A stretch of DNA of 60,716 nucleotides. Source: Candidatus Dormiibacterota bacterium (lineage in GTDB: Bacteria > Chloroflexota > Dormibacteria > Aeolococcales > Bog-877). The stretch spans positions 1 to 60,716 of the forward strand of contig DAHUYV010000072.1 of NCBI GenBank assembly GCA_027306885.1, in the 5' to 3' direction. Position numbers and translations under genes: made by a program. A model generated the notes under the pieces. The model saw only the letters and a list, made by a program, of their open reading frames with translations, was not told where the DNA came from and ran no database searches. Shown one piece after another: positions 56,088 to 60,716 of this stretch. Each line of letters begins with the position of its first letter. Positions within the stretch are counted from its first letter, which is position 1.

Positions 56088-58052
56088 ATGAGCGTTGACG
56101 CCAACCGGATCGATGCACTGCAGGCGGAGGGGCGAACCTTTCCGCCGCCCCCGGACTTCGCAGCTCAGGCCAACGCCCAGGCGGGCATTTACGAGAAGGG
56201 CTTCGAGGAGTTCTGGGAGGAGGAGGGCCGCCGGCGGGTCACCTGGTACAAGCCCTTCGACAAACTCTATGAGTGGAACCCCCCCTACGCCAAGTGGTAC
56301 CTCGGCGGCCAGCTGAACGTCTGCTACAACTGCGTCGACCGTCACGTTGAGTCCGGACTGGGCGAGAAGGTGGCCTTCTACTGGGAGGGCGAACCGGACG
56401 ACGAGAGGCGGGCAGTGACCTTTGCCGACCTGCAGCGCGATGTGGTCCGGTTCGCCAACGGCCTTAAGAAGCTCGGGGTCAAAAAGGGCACCCCGGTCGG
56501 CATCTACATGGGCATGTGCATGGACCTGCCGGTCGCGATGCTTGCCTGCGCCCGGCTGGGCGCCCCCTTCACGGTGGTGTTCGGTGGCTTCTCTGCGGAC
56601 GCCCTCTCCGGCCGCCTCAACGACATGGGGGTGGAGGTGCTGATCACCCAGGACGAGGGTTGGCGCAAGGGGAACAAGGTGCCGCTGAAGGCCCACTCCG
56701 ACGCCGCCATGGAGATGTCACCCACGGTGCGGACCTGCCTGGTCAGCCGGCGGATGGGCGACCCCATCAACATGCGCGAGGGCCGCGACGTCTACGTCGA
56801 TGAGGTCATCCAGGGGCTGAGCGACGATCCCAGCTCCTGCCCCTGCGAGCCGATGGACTCGGAGGACCTGCTCTACCTCCTGTACACCAGCGGCACCACG
56901 GCCAAGCCCAAGGGCATCGTGCACACCACCGGCGGCTACCTGGTGGGCGTGGCGACCACCCACTACTACATCTTCGACGTCAAGCCCGAATCGGTCTACT
57001 GGTGCGCCGCCGACATCGGCTGGGTGACTGGGCACAGCTACATCCTCTTTGCCCCCCTCTGCAACGGGGTCACCGGAGTGATCTACGAGGGGGTCCCCAA
57101 CCACCCCAATGAGGAGCGGTGGTGGGAGATCATCGAGCGCTACAAGGTCGACATCCTCTACACCGCTCCCACCACCATCCGCACCCACATGAAGTGGGGG
57201 CCGCAGTACGCCCAGAAGCACGACCTCAGCAGCCTGCGGCTGCTCGGCACTGTGGGCGAGCCGATCAACCCCGAAGCCTGGATCTGGTATCGGGAGCATG
57301 TGGGCCTGGGCCGGACCCCGGTTGTCGACACCTGGTGGCAGACCGAGACCGGGATGATCCTGATCACCCCGCTTCCCGGGTTGACCACGCTCAAGCCGGG
57401 ATCGGCGACCAAGCCCTTCCCCACGGTAGACGCCGCGGTCTACGACGAGCGGGGCCACGAGGTGCCTCCCGGCCAGGGCGGATACCTGGTGGTGCGCAAG
57501 CCTTGGCCGGCGATGTTGCGCGGCATCTACAACGATCCGGACCGCTACCAGGAGACCTACTGGTCCCGCTACAAGGACGTCTACTTCGTCGGCGATGGCG
57601 CCCGCAAGGACGCTGACGGCGACTTCTGGCTGATGGGCCGGATCGACGACGTCATGAACATCTCCGCCCACCGCATCTCCACCATCGAGGTGGAGTCGGC
57701 GCTGGTCGACCATCCGGCGGTGGCCGAGGCCGCCGTCTGCGGCCGCAGCGATCCCCAGACCGGGCAGGCGATCGTCGCCTACGTCACCCTCAAGGCGACC
57801 CACCAACCCTCGGTCGAGCTGCTGTCGGTGCTGCGCGACCACGTCTCCATGAAGATCGGCAAGATCGCCGCGCCCGCCAACATCGTCTTCACTCCAGAGC
57901 TACCCAAGACCCGCTCCGGCAAGATCATGCGCCGCCTGCTCCGGGATGTCGCGGAGCATCGGACCCTGGGCGACACCACCACCCTCGCCGACCCCACCGT
58001 GGTTGAGGAGCTGCGCTCCAGAGCCGTCACAGAGGAGGGCAAGGAGCAATAG
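56088..58052 (+). CDS. acs: Acetyl-CoA synthetase (AMP-forming)
   Basis: YTSGTTAKPKG, VGEPINPEAW, DTWWQTETG and PKTRSGKIMRR; ATG after SD CAGGAGG. Confidence 0.97.
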   Translation: MSVDANRIDALQAEGRTFPPPPDFAAQANAQAGIYEKGFEEFWEEEGRRRVTWYKPFDKLYEWNPPYAKWYLGGQLNVCYNCVDRHVESGLGEKVAFYWEGEPDDERRAVTFADLQRDVVRFANGLKKLGVKKGTPVGIYMGMCMDLPVAMLACARLGAPFTVVFGGFSADALSGRLNDMGVEVLITQDEGWRKGNKVPLKAHSDAAMEMSPTVRTCLVSRRMGDPINMREGRDVYVDEVIQGLSDDPSSCPCEPMDSEDLLYLLYTSGTTAKPKGIVHTTGGYLVGVATTHYYIFDVKPESVYWCAADIGWVTGHSYILFAPLCNGVTGVIYEGVPNHPNEERWWEIIERYKVDILYTAPTTIRTHMKWGPQYAQKHDLSSLRLLGTVGEPINPEAWIWYREHVGLGRTPVVDTWWQTETGMILITPLPGLTTLKPGSATKPFPTVDAAVYDERGHEVPPGQGGYLVVRKPWPAMLRGIYNDPDRYQETYWSRYKDVYFVGDGARKDADGDFWLMGRIDDVMNISAHRISTIEVESALVDHPAVAEAAVCGRSDPQTGQAIVAYVTLKATHQPSVELLSVLRDHVSMKIGKIAAPANIVFTPELPKTRSGKIMRRLLRDVAEHRTLGDTTTLADPTVVEELRSRAVTEEGKEQ

Positions 58053-58115
58053 CGAAGGGTCTCGAATCAATCCACTTCGTCAATCCACATCTGAGGGAGG
58101 TTCAAGACGACCATC

Positions 58116-58712
58116 ATGGCTGCTAACAACCCTGCGGAACCCACGCCGGCTCCGGCTATCGCCGACCCCGCACCCTTGGGGCTGATCGCCTTCGGCATGA
58201 CCACTATGATGCTCAGCTTCATCAACGCTGGCATCATCGCTGCCGGTGCGACCGCCGCCGTCCTGCCGATGGCCGCTGCTTTCGGAGGCCTGGGTCAGAT
58301 CCTGGCGGGCATGTGGGAGTTCAAGAGGGGCAACACCTTTGGCGCCACGGCATTCACCGCGTACGGCGCCTTCTGGTGGAGCTACTACCTGTTGATCGAC
58401 GTCTTCGCCGCCAAGACCGCGCCCTCTACCGTGGGCCCGATCGTTGGCCTGTATCTCTTCCTCTGGGGCGTCTTCACGCTCTACATGTTCGTCGCCTCGC
58501 TGGGGGGCCCGCGCGCCCTCTGGGTGGTCTTCATCCTGCTGGCCATCACTTTCTTCCTTCTTTCGTTCGGTTTCTGGGCAGGAACCGGCGGCAAGACCTG
58601 GACCAACCTCGGTGGCTACGTGGGAATCCTGACGGCCCTGGCCGCCGCGTACACCTCGTTCGCCATCGTCACCAACGCCAACTTCAAGCGCACGGTGCTG
58701 CCGGTCAACTGA
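58116..58712 (+). CDS. satP: Acetate uptake transporter, SatP/GPR1/FUN34/YaaH family
   Basis: ADPAPLGLIAF, GMWEF.RGNTFGATAF..YG.FW; 6 TM segments. Confidence 0.92.
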   Translation: MAANNPAEPTPAPAIADPAPLGLIAFGMTTMMLSFINAGIIAAGATAAVLPMAAAFGGLGQILAGMWEFKRGNTFGATAFTAYGAFWWSYYLLIDVFAAKTAPSTVGPIVGLYLFLWGVFTLYMFVASLGGPRALWVVFILLAITFFLLSFGFWAGTGGKTWTNLGGYVGILTALAAAYTSFAIVTNANFKRTVLPVN

Positions 58713-58726
58713 CCCGAGGATCGTGT

Positions 58727-58756
58727 GGGGCCCGGCGCCACGGGGCGCCGGGCCCC
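58727..58756. terminator. Hairpin between convergent satP and MFS genes
   Basis: GGGGCCCGGCGCC-ACGG-GGCGCCGGGCCCC, a perfect 13-bp stem with no U-tract. Confidence 0.65.
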
Positions 58757-58761
58757 AACTC

Positions 58762-59976
58762 TCAGACCTCGGCGGTCACGGGGTCGCGGGCGCCCGCCCG
58801 CCGCGGGCGCCCGTCCACCCCCCGCCAGAGTGGGATCAGGCCCCCCGCGGCCACCACCATGACGACGGCGGTGGCGACAAACGGCAGGGGGAGCGAGACG
58901 GCGAACAGGCTGCCGGCGGCGATCGCTGCCAGCGCTGAGGAGCCCACCTGAACGGACCCGTACATGCCCTGGGCCCGTCCCATCTGCTCGGGGCGGACCA
59001 TTCGGGAGAGCATCGCCTGGCGGGCGGGCGCACCGGTCACCGTGAAGACGCCCTCGAAGACCCCAAGGCCGATCAGCCAGGCGGGCGAGGGGAGGAACGG
59101 GTACACCGCGGCGAAAGCCGCCCCGAAGACCATGCTGACCCCGATCAGCAGGCGGTTGTCCACCCGGTCCGCCAACCATCCGGCCGGCCAGGACCCGAGG
59201 GTGAAGGGCAGGGCGAAGAGGGTGAAGGAGAGCCCGATCTCGAAGTTGCTGGCATGTCGCGCATGCATGAGCAGACTCCACAGGGTGTCGTACATTCCAA
59301 TCAGGACTCCCAGCGCGGTGGAGGCCAGCATCAGTCCCAGGACGCCTCGGTGGCGCCAGAGTGCGACCGGTGGTCGGGCCGACTCGTGATGGGTCGGCGT
59401 CACCCGCCCCCTGGGGAGGGTGGCGAGCAGGATCAGCGAGACCACCAGGGCCACCACCGCGGAGGCGAGGAAGGTCAGGGCGACAGAGATCGAGAAGAGG
59501 ACGGCGCCGATCAACGGCCCCACGATCGTGCCCGCCATGTTGGCGCCGGTGAGGGTGCCATAGGCTCGTCCCCTTCGGGCGGAGGGCACGATGTCGGCCA
59601 CCAGCGAGAGGGCCAGGACGTTGGCCGAGCCGGCGGCGGCTCCCTGGACCGCGCGCAGCACGATGAACCAGAAGGGTGAGGGGGTTAGAGCGAAGGCCGC
59701 TGTCGCCACGGCGTAGACCAGCTCGCTGCCGACCAGCAGCCGGCGTCGCCCCAGACGGTCGGAGAGCCGCCCCACGGGATACCCCACCAGCAGCCCGGCC
59801 CCCCAGAAGGCGGCGGTGGTCAGACCGACCTCGGAGTACGACGCGCCGCCGTGCCGGAGGAACAGCGGCAGGATGGGCAGGATCATGGTCGCCCCCAGGG
59901 CGTCCGCGAAGGCCGCTCCGACCAGGCCAAACAGGGCCAGGCGGGCACGGGTCGGATCGAGGGCTGGGGAACTCAA
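58762..59976 (-). CDS. MFS transporter (DHA1/TetA-like)
   Basis: GRLSDRLGRRR, LRAVQGAAAG and GPLIG; 12 TM segments. Confidence 0.92.
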   Translation of the reverse strand: MSSPALDPTRARLALFGLVGAAFADALGATMILPILPLFLRHGGASYSEVGLTTAAFWGAGLLVGYPVGRLSDRLGRRRLLVGSELVYAVATAAFALTPSPFWFIVLRAVQGAAAGSANVLALSLVADIVPSARRGRAYGTLTGANMAGTIVGPLIGAVLFSISVALTFLASAVVALVVSLILLATLPRGRVTPTHHESARPPVALWRHRGVLGLMLASTALGVLIGMYDTLWSLLMHARHASNFEIGLSFTLFALPFTLGSWPAGWLADRVDNRLLIGVSMVFGAAFAAVYPFLPSPAWLIGLGVFEGVFTVTGAPARQAMLSRMVRPEQMGRAQGMYGSVQVGSSALAAIAAGSLFAVSLPLPFVATAVVMVVAAGGLIPLWRGVDGRPRRAGARDPVTAEV

Positions 59977-60129
59977 GGGAAACTCCGTTGGCTGATGGGC
60001 ATCAGCGCGCTGCGGTCGCAGCCAAGCGCGGCGACCGGGACAATGGCCAGGGCGGCGGGGCCGCCCGCGCGGAGATCGATCAGCTCACCAGACCCCATAC
60101 AATACTCCCGCAACAGCGAGGAGGACGTG

Positions 60130-60273
60130 ATGGTCACGGCGATGCAGGTGGCACTTCCCCTGGCGGCCCTTCTCTTGGTGGCCGGAGGGTCGCTGGTGGC
60201 CTGGGTGTACATCTTCTCCCGCGCCGGCCGTGAGGAGGGGGGCGAGCCGCCCTCCGAGCACTCGACCGTCTGA
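60130..60273 (+). CDS. Small single-TM protein (47 aa)
   Basis: TACAAT box upstream, SD GAGGAGG, one TM segment, followed by a hairpin. Confidence 0.55.
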   Translation: MVTAMQVALPLAALLLVAGGSLVAWVYIFSRAGREEGGEPPSEHSTV

Positions 60274-60281
60274 GGCGCTCC

Positions 60282-60303
60282 GCCCGGCCGAAGTCGGCCG
60301 GGT
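60282..60303 (+). terminator. Hairpin downstream of the small TM gene
   Basis: CCCGGCCG-AAGT-CGGCCGGG. Confidence 0.45.
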
Positions 60304-60369
60304 GCTCGTTCCGCATCTCTTCCCCTAGGTCCACCCCCAGCGGAAGCGGTGGTTTCGCGACTGCGGCGG

Positions 60370-60716
60370 TCAGGCGCTGGTTGGCTCTGCCAGCGACTTT
60401 GGGCGAGGCGCCGCCAGCAGTCGGAGCCCCACCACCAGGCTCCAGATCTGCTCCAGCCCGAGGAAGAGGCGCTCGTAGAGGCCGTAGGGGCTGTGTGGCC
60501 CGAGCCGGGTGTGTCCGAGGAGCAGGAGCGGGACGATGGCGATGACGGCCAACAGCAGCAGTGGGAGGCTGATCGCCCCCAGAACCGGGTCGCGGCGCAG
60601 CTGGAGGCTGACCAGGATCGTGCCCGCCGCCACCGCCAAGAACGCCACCAGGGCCAGTTGCAGATGGATCTCACCCGCCGCCGTCGCCGGATGTCCCGGG
60701 GGGTCGTCCGGGAAGA
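60370..60716 (-). CDS. DUF998 family membrane protein (5' end outside window)
   Basis: FPDDPPG...GEIH and GLYERLF motifs; the frame is open to the window edge. Confidence 0.75.
   Translation of the reverse strand, partial: FPDDPPGHPATAAGEIHLQLALVAFLAVAAGTILVSLQLRRDPVLGAISLPLLLLAVIAIVPLLLLGHTRLGPHSPYGLYERLFLGLEQIWSLVVGLRLLAAPRPKSLAEPTSA

Overview
This is a very GC-rich (roughly 70% or more, by eye) bacterial chromosomal segment with about 65 genes, mostly housekeeping: ispH, dtd, folB, hemE, fumC, plsY, a PBP1A, acs, an OSBS/NSAR enzyme and the RDD/SpoIIM/MoxR/DUF58 cluster. I saw no rRNA, tRNA, CRISPR array, transposase, integrase or relaxase. Monoderm-type envelope genes and widespread leaderless promoters suggest a high-GC Terrabacteria lineage such as Dormibacterota/Chloroflexota or Actinomycetota; this is inference only. 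The main observation is two highly diverged sets of Gram-positive-type (MPF_FATA-like) type IV secretion genes. Module 2 (27.9-35.2 kb) is virD4, pilin-like, virB6-like, prgI-like, virB4, CHAP hydrolase. Module 1 (12.5-17.0 kb) is prgI-like and virB4, then an unknown gene and dtd, then pilin-like and virB6-like. Neither has mobility genes in the window. They are interleaved with core genes, surrounded by peptidoglycan enzymes (three CHAP proteins, an Rpf-like lytic transglycosylase, PBP1A) and share short upstream motifs. This pattern fits a domesticated chromosomal T4SS-like machine of unknown function. Regulatory signals are readable directly from the sequence. At least 11 TANNNT boxes sit 6-7 nt before start codons, two of them built from the upstream stop codon. 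There are also TetR and MarR operator palindromes, 21-bp-periodic LytTR-type repeats before acs, and an ECF-type promoter before the PBP1A gene. All product calls come from motif recognition; no database searches were run.
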